DNA of 64,000 nt, from assembly GCA_024698685.1 (NCBI GenBank), contig JAILQZ010000079.1, forward strand, positions 355 through 64,354. The letters run 5' to 3'. The notes beneath the pieces were generated by a model, which was not told the DNA's origin, searched no databases, and saw only the letters and a list, made by a program, of their open reading frames with translations. Positions 8,396 to 18,826 of this stretch are shown here, piece by piece (positions within the stretch are counted from its first letter, which is position 1; the number at the start of each line of letters is the position of its first letter). This DNA comes from a bacterium (GTDB lineage Bacteria; Actinomycetota; Coriobacteriia; Coriobacteriales; CADBOM01). Made by a program: the position numbers and the translations under genes.

Positions 8396-9532
8396 TCACT
8401 CCTTATCGATGAGGAAAGTGACCTGGATCTTCTGCTTTCCCACCTTGATCTTCGGCTCCTCGAGGAGCGTCATGTAGTAGCCCTCGGAGATCGACTCGAA
8501 CGCGTCCTCGAGCTTGCGAGAGAAGGTCTCGAGATCCGTCGGGGATATCTTGAGGGCGCGGCTGTCCTTGTAGATGTCTACACGCTGCGAGCTCGAAGCC
8601 TTCGAGGAGAGCTGATCGTAGAGGTTCCTGAGCGGCTGGATCTGCCCATGGAGAATCCTATGGGAAGTTCTCTCGGAAATGTCCAAACCGAGGCTCAGAG
8701 CGCATTCTGTGAGCTCTGAGGCCGATGCGCAAGCGCTGAGCATGCGGCAGATGTCGAGGTCATCTATATTGTCGTGGAAGAGGAGCTCGGTGGAGTCGTA
8801 CTCGCGCTCCCCATAGGCTATCAGCGTTGCGACGATCTCGGCTGGCGAGCCGAGGTAGACGTCGACGTCGTGCCTGCACGCGATGGCGAACTCCGCGGCG
8901 ATGCGGTTGATGTTATGCGGGCCCTTGGAGACTACGAGGCTGCCATCCTCATCGCGCTCGAGCGCGGGCATCGAGGATTGGTCGGTCTTCTCGGGCAGCG
9001 AGGTCGTATTGGCCTTGACGCGAATCGCGCTGCCCTTGCCCGACTCGGAGCGCATGACCATCGCTTCGTCAACGTTGGAGAAGATCGAGAAGAGCGCCAT
9101 GCCCCTGCCGTGAACCCCCCAGGAATCCATGACCATGGTATCGAGCTTGGAGGTGACGCGCGGCTCGAAGATGGCCTCATGCATGCTCGCGGGAATTCCG
9201 CAGCCATCGTCGATGATCGTCAGCAGGCGCTCATCGCCATCCCTAGTGGTGGCCAGGAAGATCGAGCGGGCGCTGGCATCGCGGGAGTTGCGCAGGAGCT
9301 CGATGACGATGTCCTCGACGCAGCGGATGTCGTGCTTGGCCTGGCGGCGCTCCGCCTCGGACATCAGCAGCCTGACGTAGCCGTCGCCGAGATTCTCCTC
9401 CACACGAATCGAGCCTTCGGTGGAGACGCTCTGCAGGAATCCGAGGAGGCCCGAGCTGTTGTCGGGGCTCCCGCCGCCTATCCTCTTCCCATCGAGTTCG
9501 CTCATAGCCATCGACCTTCGCTTGCGAGGCAC
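8396..9532 (-). CDS. orphan GHKL-type ATPase domain protein with uncharacterised C-terminal half
   Basis: N-box ELLRNSRDA, G1 IIDDGCGIP and G2 GVHGRGMALFS in the N-half. No HisKA/H-box or TM segments seen. The C-half contains an HTH-like stretch ASELTECALSLGLDISERTSHRIL. Start is GTG 9532 or ATG 9511. Confidence 0.7.
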   Translation of the reverse strand: MPRKRRSMAMSELDGKRIGGGSPDNSSGLLGFLQSVSTEGSIRVEENLGDGYVRLLMSEAERRQAKHDIRCVEDIVIELLRNSRDASARSIFLATTRDGDERLLTIIDDGCGIPASMHEAIFEPRVTSKLDTMVMDSWGVHGRGMALFSIFSNVDEAMVMRSESGKGSAIRVKANTTSLPEKTDQSSMPALERDEDGSLVVSKGPHNINRIAAEFAIACRHDVDVYLGSPAEIVATLIAYGEREYDSTELLFHDNIDDLDICRMLSACASASELTECALSLGLDISERTSHRILHGQIQPLRNLYDQLSSKASSSQRVDIYKDSRALKISPTDLETFSRKLEDAFESISEGYYMTLLEEPKIKVGKQKIQVTFLIDKE

Positions 9533-9535
9533 CGA

Positions 9536-11071
9536 CTACTTGGCGTAGTCGACCGCTCTGTTCTCCCTGATGACAAGCACCTTGACCTGGCCGGGATACT
9601 GCATCTCGTCCTCGATCTGCTTCGCAATATCGTGCGCGAGGACGACCGACTGAGCGTCGGAGATCTTGCTCGGCTCGACCATGACCCTGATCTCGCGACC
9701 TGCCTGCATAGCATAGGTCTGCTCGACGCCATCGTGGGCGTTCGCGATGGACTCGAGCTTCTCGAGCCTCTTGATGTAGTTCTCGAGCGACTCGCTGCGT
9801 GCGCCCGGACGAGCCGCGGAGATGGCGTCTGCGGACTGGACGAGCACGTCGGTGATGGTGGTGAGCTCGATGTCGTTGTGGTGCGCTTCGATGGCGTGGA
9901 CGATCTCGGGAGCCTCGCCGAACCTGCGTGCAAGGTCTGCGCCGATGACGGCATGCGAGCCCTCGACCTCGTGGTCGATGGCTTTGCCGAGGTCATGCAG
10001 CAGGCCTGCGCGCTTCGCGGCGTGGACATCGACTCCGAGCTCCGCAGCCATGATGCCTGCGAGCGTGGCGACCTCGATGGAGTGGTCGAGGACGTTCTGA
10101 CCGTAGGAGGTGCGGAACCTCAGGCGACCGAGGATCTTGATGATCTCGGGGTCGAGGTCGTGGATGCCGGTGTCGAACGCGGCCTTCTCGCCCGCGTCCT
10201 GGATCTGCTGGTTGACGAGCTTGGTGGCCTTGCTGAACATCTCCTCGATGCGCGCGGGGTGGATGCGCCCGTCGGTGACGAGGTTCTCGAGCGTGATGCG
10301 GCCGATCTCGCGGCGAACAGGATCGAAGCTCGAGATGACGACGACCTCGGGAGTATCGTCGATGATGAGGTTGACGCCGGTGATCTGCTCGAAGGTCCTG
10401 ATGTTGCGGCCCTCGCGTCCGATGATGCGGCCCTTGAGGTCGTCGGACGGAATCGGAACGGAGGATATCGTGCGCTCGGAGGTGTGATCCGCAGCGATGC
10501 GCTGGATGGCGAGGCTGATGATGTTCTGCGCCTTCCTGTCGGCCTCGAGCTTGGTCTGGGTCTCGACGCTCCTGATGATGGCAGCGGCCTTCTTGGTGAC
10601 GTCGCCCTTGACGCGCTCGATGAGGGCCTCGCGGGCCTGCTCGGTGGTCATCGACGAGATCTGCTCGAGACGCTCGGTGACCTCCTCGAGGGAAGCGTCG
10701 AGCCTCTGGCTCTTCTTCTCGACCTGGCCCTGCAGCGACATGATCTGCTGCTCGCGCTTGTCGAGGCCGTCGGACCTGCGGTCGAGGGACTCCTGCCTCT
10801 GGTTCAGGCGCCTCTCCTGCTGCTTGATCTCCTGCTTGCGATCCTCGATCTCTGCATCGACGTTCTTCTTCATCCTATAGACCTGGTCGCGCGCCTCGAT
10901 CTCGGCCTCGCGCTTGATGTTCTCGGCCTCATGCTCGGCATCCTTGATCATGGTCTCGGATTGCGAAACTATCTTGTTGGCCTTGTTGATCCTCGCCTTG
11001 AGCACCGCGAATACGATAACCGCACCCACGATGAGTCCTGCGAGCAAGGCGATGATTATGTAGATTGTCAT
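9536..11071 (-). CDS. rny: ribonuclease Y
   Basis: N-terminal TM helix, long coiled coil, KH domain ([26 protein letters not shown]) and HD domain ([13 protein letters not shown]). Confidence 0.95.
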   Translation of the reverse strand: MTIYIIIALLAGLIVGAVIVFAVLKARINKANKIVSQSETMIKDAEHEAENIKREAEIEARDQVYRMKKNVDAEIEDRKQEIKQQERRLNQRQESLDRRSDGLDKREQQIMSLQGQVEKKSQRLDASLEEVTERLEQISSMTTEQAREALIERVKGDVTKKAAAIIRSVETQTKLEADRKAQNIISLAIQRIAADHTSERTISSVPIPSDDLKGRIIGREGRNIRTFEQITGVNLIIDDTPEVVVISSFDPVRREIGRITLENLVTDGRIHPARIEEMFSKATKLVNQQIQDAGEKAAFDTGIHDLDPEIIKILGRLRFRTSYGQNVLDHSIEVATLAGIMAAELGVDVHAAKRAGLLHDLGKAIDHEVEGSHAVIGADLARRFGEAPEIVHAIEAHHNDIELTTITDVLVQSADAISAARPGARSESLENYIKRLEKLESIANAHDGVEQTYAMQAGREIRVMVEPSKISDAQSVVLAHDIAKQIEDEMQYPGQVKVLVIRENRAVDYAK

Positions 11072-11374
11072 CGTGCTTCCTCCTTGTTGCCCCTGCTATG
11101 GGCTCAAAATATTCAAAATCTTAAGAATGTATGCATAAAAATAAGAAAAATCGCGCCAAAACGCACGATTGCATAATGACACGACCGAATCGGATTGGTT
11201 TGCTGCTATTCAATTCTGGTTGTTCGTACCTATATGAAAAACGCCGAAGCGAGTCAATGCATATGCAATCGTATCCATTTTAAGCAATTATCGAATAATG
11301 CAAGCGATTATTCGGCGACGCGTGCAAAAAGTGAACCAAAAGATGCCGAATATGCATTTCCTAGCGGATTTGCG

Positions 11375-12379
11375 CTACTGGAGGGTTATCTCGATGATCC
11401 TCACAGGCGTGCCCGAGCCGGCTGGAGAGGCATCGGGATAGGAGTAGGTGAAGGCGAGCATCCACTTGGTTGGGGCCTTGTTCCCCTTGATGGTTCCGAC
11501 GAACAGGGAGCTCTCCTTGGAGACGATCTTGTTCTTGTTGTCCATGTAGGTGGTGTAGTCGCTCTCCTTTGGAGCCGTGTAGGTGAAGTCGTCGTAATCG
11601 ATCTCGGCAGACCTGAGCGCCGATTTCAGCGCATCCGATGTGGAAACCAGCGTATTGAAGTCGGATACGGGATATCCGAGGATCTCCATCGAGGACATGT
11701 AGTAGACCTGGACGACCTTGCCGTCCTTGTCGAGGGAGATCTTGATGGTGGGCGCGTTGATGAGGTTTGTGGTCGAGCCCTGCGGCGAATAGACGAAGGT
11801 GACCCTGCGCGTGACGTTTCCGTCGTTGACATTCTCGGTGGAGCTGGTTTGGTAGTTCTCGCCTAGGAAGATGCCCACCTCGTCGCTGGTGGAGCCGAAG
11901 AGCTGGCAGAGCATGGGAATCGTCGTTGTCATGTCGGACTGGCTCGGCACGACGGGAACGACGTCGGCATCGTCGATGTCGGAGATGTTGATGCCAGAAT
12001 TGGCCTCGCGCGCTTTGTCCTGATCCTTGAGATAGAGGTAGCCGGCAACTGCGAGAGCCAAGATGATCAGCAGCACGATGACGATGCCGGCGATGTACTT
12101 GCCCTTGCTGGGCGAGTCCTTCTTCTTCTTGTTATCGCCGGGAATCACGAAGAACTGCGAGCTGGACGGATCGAGGGTTGCCTTGGCCTTCTCCGCATCT
12201 GCGGCACGCTGGGCGGATGTATCCTCGATCGGAACCGGAGGAGCGGGAAGGGGCTGCTCTTGAGGTGAGATGGTTTGCGAGAACGTTGCGGAATCTGGCT
12301 GCGAGAAGAAGCCGCTGGTTCCAGGATCGCTGGTAAACCCGTTGTTGCCATTGTTCTGGAATCCGTTGGAACCCGGCAT
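11375..12379 (-). CDS. hypothetical single-pass membrane protein
   Basis: Low-complexity G/N/S/P-rich N-terminus, one TM helix (YIAGIVIVLLIILALAVAGYLYL) and an extracytoplasmic domain of about 200 aa. No family recognised. Confidence 0.6.
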   Translation of the reverse strand: MPGSNGFQNNGNNGFTSDPGTSGFFSQPDSATFSQTISPQEQPLPAPPVPIEDTSAQRAADAEKAKATLDPSSSQFFVIPGDNKKKKDSPSKGKYIAGIVIVLLIILALAVAGYLYLKDQDKAREANSGINISDIDDADVVPVVPSQSDMTTTIPMLCQLFGSTSDEVGIFLGENYQTSSTENVNDGNVTRRVTFVYSPQGSTTNLINAPTIKISLDKDGKVVQVYYMSSMEILGYPVSDFNTLVSTSDALKSALRSAEIDYDDFTYTAPKESDYTTYMDNKNKIVSKESSLFVGTIKGNKAPTKWMLAFTYSYPDASPAGSGTPVRIIEITLQ

Positions 12380-12521
12380 TCGGAAGCCTCTCGCAAATCA
12401 GCGAATCGATCGCTCGATTCATTTCCACCGCTCATTCGATTCTACAATAAGAAGTCGTATCTGCGCGGTTGCATTTTGCCGAGTTCGGGAAAGGGGTTGG
12501 GCCGGGTTGGCGCGGGCGAGC

Positions 12522-13574
12522 TCAGCAGCCTTGGATGAGGCACTGGGCGAGAGCGTCGATGAGCGCGATGTTGTCATCGTCGCCGCGCACTGGAACCTTG
12601 AGGCACCTGCGCGAGAGCTCCAGACCCTCGAGCGGATCCAGCGCGATGCCGAAGTCCCGCTTGAGGATGGCGCGCGCCCTATCGGCATCTGAGATCTCCA
12701 CGAGAATGAAGTCCGATGCGCTCTCGAATACCTTGCAGCCGGAGAGCTTGCCAAGGCGCTCGGCCAGGTAGCCCCTCCGCATGAAAAGCGACCTCTCGAA
12801 GCCCTCGTACTTGCCGAGGTTCTCGCAGATCTCCACACCTATGGCCTGCGTGATTGCATCGACCGGGTGGTACGTGAGGTCGGAGCGCACCTTGCGGGTA
12901 ATCTCGGGCGAGGCAATGCCGTAGGCTATCTGGAAGCCGGCAACTGGATGCGCATAGGTCAACGAGCGCAGCACGCAGAGGTTGGAGCAGCTGCCGACGA
13001 GCCCTGCGGCGGTGCATGGAGCCGCCACGGCGAGGGTTTCGTCGACGACCACAACGGCATCGGTTCGCTGAAGAAGCCTCTCGACGAACCTTAGATCGAG
13101 GGCATCAGCCATCGGGTCACCGGGGTTTGAGATGAAGATCGCCATCGGGTTGACCTCTTCGGCCCTGGCGATGAAGCCGTCCTCGTCGATGGAGAGGTCC
13201 TCACGACGCGGGAAGCTCTCGACGCTCCTGTTGAGGATCGTCGCGTGCACCAGGGCACAGGTCTGCGCTCCCCCATCGAGCATGATTCCGCGCTCAAGGT
13301 TGCCATAGCAGGTGACGAGCGAGAAGACCAGCTCGTCGGAGGCGTTGCCCGCGATCAGGCGGTCTGCATCAGCGCCCGACCTCTTGGCGGCCTCTGCGCC
13401 GACGAGGCGCGGCAAAGCCGTGGCGACCGCCTCGCGAAGCTTCGAGTCGCCCACGCCAAGCTCTAGCTCGCCGGACTTCTCGAGCTTTGCTATCGCCGAG
13501 TTCAGTATGTCCATCGAAACGAATTCGGGAACCATCGACCCTTGCATCATCGCTCCTAAACCGCCGTCAGCCAC
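12522..13574 (-). CDS. class-I/II aminotransferase-like (HisC-like) protein lacking the PLP-binding lysine
   Basis: The overall pattern aligns to HisC-type enzymes (ISNPGDP..., VVVDETL, RSLTYAHPVAGFQIAYGIAS). The SxSK lysine position reads SLTY. Confidence 0.65.
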   Translation of the reverse strand: MADGGLGAMMQGSMVPEFVSMDILNSAIAKLEKSGELELGVGDSKLREAVATALPRLVGAEAAKRSGADADRLIAGNASDELVFSLVTCYGNLERGIMLDGGAQTCALVHATILNRSVESFPRREDLSIDEDGFIARAEEVNPMAIFISNPGDPMADALDLRFVERLLQRTDAVVVVDETLAVAAPCTAAGLVGSCSNLCVLRSLTYAHPVAGFQIAYGIASPEITRKVRSDLTYHPVDAITQAIGVEICENLGKYEGFERSLFMRRGYLAERLGKLSGCKVFESASDFILVEISDADRARAILKRDFGIALDPLEGLELSRRCLKVPVRGDDDNIALIDALAQCLIQGC

Positions 13575-13581
13575 AGCCGCG

Positions 13582-16500
13582 TCACTGGATCAGAATCCTG
13601 TGCGGCACGCTCTCGAGCGCGATGTGCAGGTATGCCGAAATCGCACCGTTGGCACTGTCAACCTTGATCGGCAGCTCGATCGTCTTGTACTTGCCGCCAC
13701 CCTGGGTGAGCCTGATCACCGCATCGTTCTTGCCAGGGTACTCCTTGAACGTGTTGTTTATCGCCCTGACCACATCGGCGTTCACGGCCTCCTGCGGCAG
13801 CTCTACTATCACCTTCTTGCCGAAATCGAGCTCGTTGACCGCGCTGACCCTGATCTGCACGCCGCGGTCGCTGCGGTCGTAGCGGCCCTTCACCTTGACG
13901 ATGCGCTCCTCGGCCAGTGCGGTGCCGAAGTTGCCGTAGACCTTCGGGAATACGATGCAAGGCACCGACCCGTCCATGTCCTCTAGCGTGAATACCGCCA
14001 TCCTGTCGCCGTTCTTGGTAGTCTTGAGGGCGAGGTCGGTGACCATTCCCGCGATCAGGATGTCGCGATCGGTAGGAATCGAGCGCGAGCTGTCGTAGGA
14101 GGAGTCGCCGATGACTTCCTGCTCGTCATCGTCGCTGTCATCGGTCGAGGTCAGGTCGAGAAGGCTGAACTCCGAGATCTCGTCGAGCTCGAGCTTGTAT
14201 GGACTCAAGGGGTGGTCGGAGATGTAGAATCCCATGACCTCCTTCTCGAGGTCGAGCTTGACCTTCCTGTCCCACTCGATGTTGTCCGGCTCCGGAATGT
14301 CCTCCTCGAAGCCTCCCCCACCATCGGAATCGTCGAACATGTCGAACATCGAAACCTGGCCAAGCTCGGCATCGCGCTGACGCTGCGAGGCCCTGTCCAT
14401 GATGTTGTCGCGCTCGATGAAGAGCATGAGCTGCCTGCGCGTATATCCGAGGGAATCGAAGGCGCCCGACTTGATAAGCGTCTCGACCGTCCTCCTGTTG
14501 GCGATCTTGTTGGGAACGCGCTTGACGAAGTCATGAAGGCTCGTATAGGGTCCGTTCTCCTCGCGCTCCTTGATGATGTACTCGGCGCATCCGTATCCTA
14601 TGCCCTTGATGCCCGCAAGGCCGAACCTGATGTAGTCGCCAACCGCCGTGAAGGTGTCGCGCGAGGTGTTGATATCGGGAGGCAGCACGTCGATGCCAGA
14701 GGATTTGCAGTCGGCGATGATCGCCTTGATCTTGTCCGACTTCTTGCCCATGTAGCTCGTCATGACCGCGGCCATGTACTCGCGAGGATAGTGCGCCTTG
14801 AGCCATGCGGTCTGCATCGTGATGATCGCGTATGCGGCGGAGTGGGATTTGTTGAAGGCGTATGCGGCGAACTTCTCGACATCGTCCCAGATCTTCTGGG
14901 CGATCTTGAGGTCGTAGCCGTTGCGGACGGCTCCGTTGAGCCAGTGGTCCTTCATTGTCTCCTCGCGGCCGTCGGACCACTTCGAGACCACCTGTGTCAT
15001 CAGCGCGATCTTCTTCTTCGCAACCGCCTTGCGCACCTTGTCGGACTCTCCCATGGAAAAGCCCGACATCTCTACCGAGATGAGCATGACCTGCTCCTGA
15101 TAGACGATGGTGCCGTAGGTGTCCTCGAGGATTCCCTTGAGGCGATCGTCGTAGTACTGGATCTTCCTGAGCCCTTGTTTGCGCTCGACGAAGTCGTCGA
15201 GCATTCCGGCGCCGATCGGGCCCGGGCGGTAGAGCGCGATGGCCGCGATGATGTCGGAGTACCTGTCGGGCTTCATGCGCTGGAGCAAGCTCGTCAGACC
15301 GGCCGACTCCACTTGGAAGATGCCCTTGGTGTCTCCGCGCGCGAAGAGCTCGTAGATGGCAGGATCCCTGAAATCGATCTTATCGATGTCGATGTCCTCG
15401 CCGGTCGAGTTCTTGATGTTGGCGACTGCGTCCTTCATGACCGTGAGGTTGCGCAGGCCGAGGAAGTCCATCTTGAGCAGGCCGAGGTCGGCGATGTTGA
15501 CCCCATCGTATTGGGAGATGATCGCTCCGCCCTTGGTGTCGAGCTTGATCGGAACGTGGTCCTCGAGCGGGTCGCGGCAGATGACGACGGCGGATGCATG
15601 GACGCCCTCGCCGCGGATCGAGCCCTCGATGGTCATCGCGGTGTCGATGATCTGCTTGGCCTCGGGGTCGGTCTTGTAGAGGTTGACGAAGTCGGGGTTG
15701 TAGTTCTCGTGCTTGGGATCGAAGGTCTGCTTGATCGTCGCGAACGGCGAGAGGAACAGCTTGTTGATGGACAGGCCCTTGCTCATCGGATAGCCGAGGA
15801 CGCGCGTGGCATCCTGCATCGCCTGGCGCGCCTTGAGCTTGTTGAAGGTGATGATGTTCGCGATGCGCGCCTCGCCGTAGAGCTCCTTGACGTGGTCGAT
15901 GACGTCGCCGCGACGCTCGTCGTCGAAGTCCATGTCGATATCGGGCATCTCCGTGCGCTCAGGCGAGAGGAACCTCTCGAAGAGCAGGCCGTTCTCCAGC
16001 GGATCGAACGTCGTTATGTCGAGGGCGTAGGAGACGATCGAGCCAGCCGCCGAGCCCCTGCCCGGACCGACGCCGATGCCGTTGTCCTTCGCCCAGCGCG
16101 TGAACTCCTCGACGATGAGGAAGTAGGCGGCGAATCCCTTGGTGGTGATGATCTCGTACTCGTACTCGAAGCGCTCCATCACGTTATCGGGAATCGGATC
16201 GCCATAGCGGACCTTGAGGCCCGCGATGCAGTTCTTCCAGAGCATCGACTCGTTCGTCTCGCCCTCGGGGAGTGGCAGGGACGGGAGGATCAAGTCGTGA
16301 GAGAGCTCGACGTTGCACTTATCGGCGATCTCGTTGGTGTTGTCGCACGCCTCGGGATGCGCCTTGAAGATCTCGCGCATCTCCTCCTCGGTCTTGAGGT
16401 AGAACTGGTCGTTCTTGAACTTCATGCGCGTGGGGTCGTCGAGTTCGCGAGCCATTCCGATGCACAGCAGGACGTCCTGCGCGTAGGCATCCTCCTTCTT

Positions 16501-17223
16501 GAGGTAGTGCATGTCGTTGGTGGCTATGATCTTGAGATCGAGCTCGTCAGCGACCGAGATGAGCAGCTCGTTGATCTGCGCCTCGGTCATGCCGGAATCG
16601 GTCTTCACCTCGGGGCCGTGGTCCTGGATCTCGATGTAGAAGTCGCCGGGCGCGAACAGATCCTTGAGCGTCTTTGCCCAATGGATCGCTATGTCGCGCT
16701 GTCCCCTGTCGAGCGACTTCGGGATGATGCCGGCGATGCACGCGCTCGTGCCGATCAGCCCTTCGCTGTGCTCGCGCAGCGTCTCGAGCGTGACGCGAGG
16801 CCTGTAGTAGAAGCCGCGGGTGGCTGCATCTGAGACGATGTGGATCAGGTTGTGGTAGCCCACCTCGTTCTTGGCTAGCAGGATCATGTGATAGGTGTCG
16901 GGGTATTGGTCCCTCGATAGTGACGAATCTGGGGTGAAGTAGATCTCGCAACCGATGATCGGCTTGATGGTGTGGGGCTTCGGGGGCTCCGGCCTGCCGG
17001 CCGCCTTGGCCTCCTCGACCTCCTCCTTCCATTTGTCCATCGCCTTGCCGCTGGTCTTAGCGCATGCGCTCACGAAGGCCGGCACGCCGTACATGTAGCC
17101 GTGGTCGGTGATCGCAATCGCCGTCATGCCCAGGCTGTGCGCGTAGTCGATCATCTCGTCTACTCTGGTGTGGCCGTCGAGCAGCGAATACTCTGTGTGG
17201 TTGTGAAGATGGACGAATGCCAC
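13582..17223 (-). CDS. dnaE: DNA polymerase III subunit alpha
   Basis: 1213 aa. PHP N-terminus MAFVHLHNHTEYSLLDG and a polymerase core with MPDIDMDF. GTG start preceded by AGGAG that overlaps the cimA stop. Confidence 0.97.
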   Translation of the reverse strand: MAFVHLHNHTEYSLLDGHTRVDEMIDYAHSLGMTAIAITDHGYMYGVPAFVSACAKTSGKAMDKWKEEVEEAKAAGRPEPPKPHTIKPIIGCEIYFTPDSSLSRDQYPDTYHMILLAKNEVGYHNLIHIVSDAATRGFYYRPRVTLETLREHSEGLIGTSACIAGIIPKSLDRGQRDIAIHWAKTLKDLFAPGDFYIEIQDHGPEVKTDSGMTEAQINELLISVADELDLKIIATNDMHYLKKEDAYAQDVLLCIGMARELDDPTRMKFKNDQFYLKTEEEMREIFKAHPEACDNTNEIADKCNVELSHDLILPSLPLPEGETNESMLWKNCIAGLKVRYGDPIPDNVMERFEYEYEIITTKGFAAYFLIVEEFTRWAKDNGIGVGPGRGSAAGSIVSYALDITTFDPLENGLLFERFLSPERTEMPDIDMDFDDERRGDVIDHVKELYGEARIANIITFNKLKARQAMQDATRVLGYPMSKGLSINKLFLSPFATIKQTFDPKHENYNPDFVNLYKTDPEAKQIIDTAMTIEGSIRGEGVHASAVVICRDPLEDHVPIKLDTKGGAIISQYDGVNIADLGLLKMDFLGLRNLTVMKDAVANIKNSTGEDIDIDKIDFRDPAIYELFARGDTKGIFQVESAGLTSLLQRMKPDRYSDIIAAIALYRPGPIGAGMLDDFVERKQGLRKIQYYDDRLKGILEDTYGTIVYQEQVMLISVEMSGFSMGESDKVRKAVAKKKIALMTQVVSKWSDGREETMKDHWLNGAVRNGYDLKIAQKIWDDVEKFAAYAFNKSHSAAYAIITMQTAWLKAHYPREYMAAVMTSYMGKKSDKIKAIIADCKSSGIDVLPPDINTSRDTFTAVGDYIRFGLAGIKGIGYGCAEYIIKEREENGPYTSLHDFVKRVPNKIANRRTVETLIKSGAFDSLGYTRRQLMLFIERDNIMDRASQRQRDAELGQVSMFDMFDDSDGGGGFEEDIPEPDNIEWDRKVKLDLEKEVMGFYISDHPLSPYKLELDEISEFSLLDLTSTDDSDDDEQEVIGDSSYDSSRSIPTDRDILIAGMVTDLALKTTKNGDRMAVFTLEDMDGSVPCIVFPKVYGNFGTALAEERIVKVKGRYDRSDRGVQIRVSAVNELDFGKKVIVELPQEAVNADVVRAINNTFKEYPGKNDAVIRLTQGGGKYKTIELPIKVDSANGAISAYLHIALESVPHRILIQ

Positions 17224-17233
17224 TTATAAGCTC

Positions 17234-18826
17234 CTATCCGTTATTGCGCATTCCCTTGACGATAAGGCCGTATGCAAGGGAGTCGACGAGGGCGTTCCAG
17301 GACGCCTCGATAATGTTAGCGGAGACCCCGACGGTAGCCCAGTTCGACTTGCCATCCGAGGACTCGATAATTACACGCGTGACCGCGTCGGTACCGCTCG
17401 CCTCATCGAGTACGCGCACCTTGAAGTCGGTCAGCAGGATGTTGGCAACCTGCGGGTAGAATCTCGTGATCGCCTGCCGCAGCGCCATGTCGAGCGCGTT
17501 GACCGGGCCGTTTCCCTCTCCGGTGGCGATGAATCGCTCGTCGCCCACGTGGATCTTGATCGTGGCCTCGGTCATCACCTTGCCATCCTCGTGCTTCTCG
17601 GTGATGACGCGGAACGACTCGAGCCTGAAGAAGGTGACCTTCTCCCCTATCGCCTCGCGGAAGAGCAGCTCGAGGGTGGCATCGGCCAATTCGAACGAGT
17701 AGCCGCTGCACTCGAGATCCTTGATCTTGCCCGCCAGGTTGCCAAGGTCGACTCCCGCGCCCTCGAGATCGATGCCGAATTCCTCAGATTTGGCGAGCAG
17801 CGCAGACCTCCCCGAGAGCTCGCTGACTACTATGTGCGAGAGGTTGCCGACATCCTCTGGATCGATCGCGCCATATGCGCTGGGGAACTTCGAGAGCGCC
17901 GAAACATGCAGCCCGCCCTTGTGGGCGAACGCCGAGGAGCCTACGAAGGGCATGCCGGGATCGATCGACCTGTTGAAGATCTCGGCGACGTAGTTGGCTG
18001 TCGAGGTCATCAGCTTGCAGCGCTCGCGGCCGATCGACTCCATCCCCATGCGAAGCTCGATGTTGCCGATGATGGTCAGGAGGTTGGCGTTGCCCACTCG
18101 CTCTCCGTACCCGTTGATGCTGCCCTGAACGTGGCGCGCTCCGCCCATGATGGCCTCGATCGTGTTGGCAACGGCGCAGCCGCAGTCGTCATGCATGTGC
18201 ACTCCCACCACCGCCTCGAAGCCAGCCTCCTCAAGGCAGCGCTTGGCGTCTTTGACCGCGGAATACACATCATATGGCATCGCGCGCCCATTCGTATCGC
18301 AAAGAACGACGACCTTGGCACCGGCTTTGGCTGCTTCGAGCGCGACCGCGATGGAGTAATCCCTGTCCTGCGCGTAGCCGTCGAAGAAGTGCTCGGCGTC
18401 GAAGAGGGCCTCCTTGCCCTTCGAGATGATGAAGGAGACCGAATCGCGGATCATCCGCAGGTTCTCCTCCTTCGATGCCCCGAGGGTGCGCTCCACCTGC
18501 TCGGCAGAGGCCTTGCCCACTATCGTGATCGTGCTGGCGCAGCACGCAGCCGAGGCGATGAGCGCCTCATCCTCCGCCGCAGGACAGTCCTTCCTGCAGG
18601 TCATGGAGAAGGCCACGAGCCTGGAGTTGGCGAGGTTGAGCTTGGCCGCCTCCTCGAAGACGCGCGCGTCCTTGGCATTGGAGGCAGGGTATCCGGCCTC
18701 GATATAGGTCACGCCGAGCGCATCGAGCTTGGCGATGATGCGCAGCTTGTCCTCGATTGAAAGCGAGGCGCCTTCCGATTGCGTTCCGTCGCGCAGCGTG
18801 GTGTCTAGCGTTTCGATCCTGGTCAT
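17234..18826 (-). CDS. cimA: citramalate synthase / 2-isopropylmalate synthase family enzyme (CimA-type)
   Basis: MTRIETLDTTLRDGTQSEGASLSIEDKLRI..., HMHDDCGCAVANT and a C-terminal LeuA-dimer regulatory domain. ATG 18826 overlaps the leuB stop (ATGA). The 837-aa track ORF is an artefactual upstream extension through leuB. Confidence 0.85.
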   Translation of the reverse strand: MTRIETLDTTLRDGTQSEGASLSIEDKLRIIAKLDALGVTYIEAGYPASNAKDARVFEEAAKLNLANSRLVAFSMTCRKDCPAAEDEALIASAACCASTITIVGKASAEQVERTLGASKEENLRMIRDSVSFIISKGKEALFDAEHFFDGYAQDRDYSIAVALEAAKAGAKVVVLCDTNGRAMPYDVYSAVKDAKRCLEEAGFEAVVGVHMHDDCGCAVANTIEAIMGGARHVQGSINGYGERVGNANLLTIIGNIELRMGMESIGRERCKLMTSTANYVAEIFNRSIDPGMPFVGSSAFAHKGGLHVSALSKFPSAYGAIDPEDVGNLSHIVVSELSGRSALLAKSEEFGIDLEGAGVDLGNLAGKIKDLECSGYSFELADATLELLFREAIGEKVTFFRLESFRVITEKHEDGKVMTEATIKIHVGDERFIATGEGNGPVNALDMALRQAITRFYPQVANILLTDFKVRVLDEASGTDAVTRVIIESSDGKSNWATVGVSANIIEASWNALVDSLAYGLIVKGMRNNG

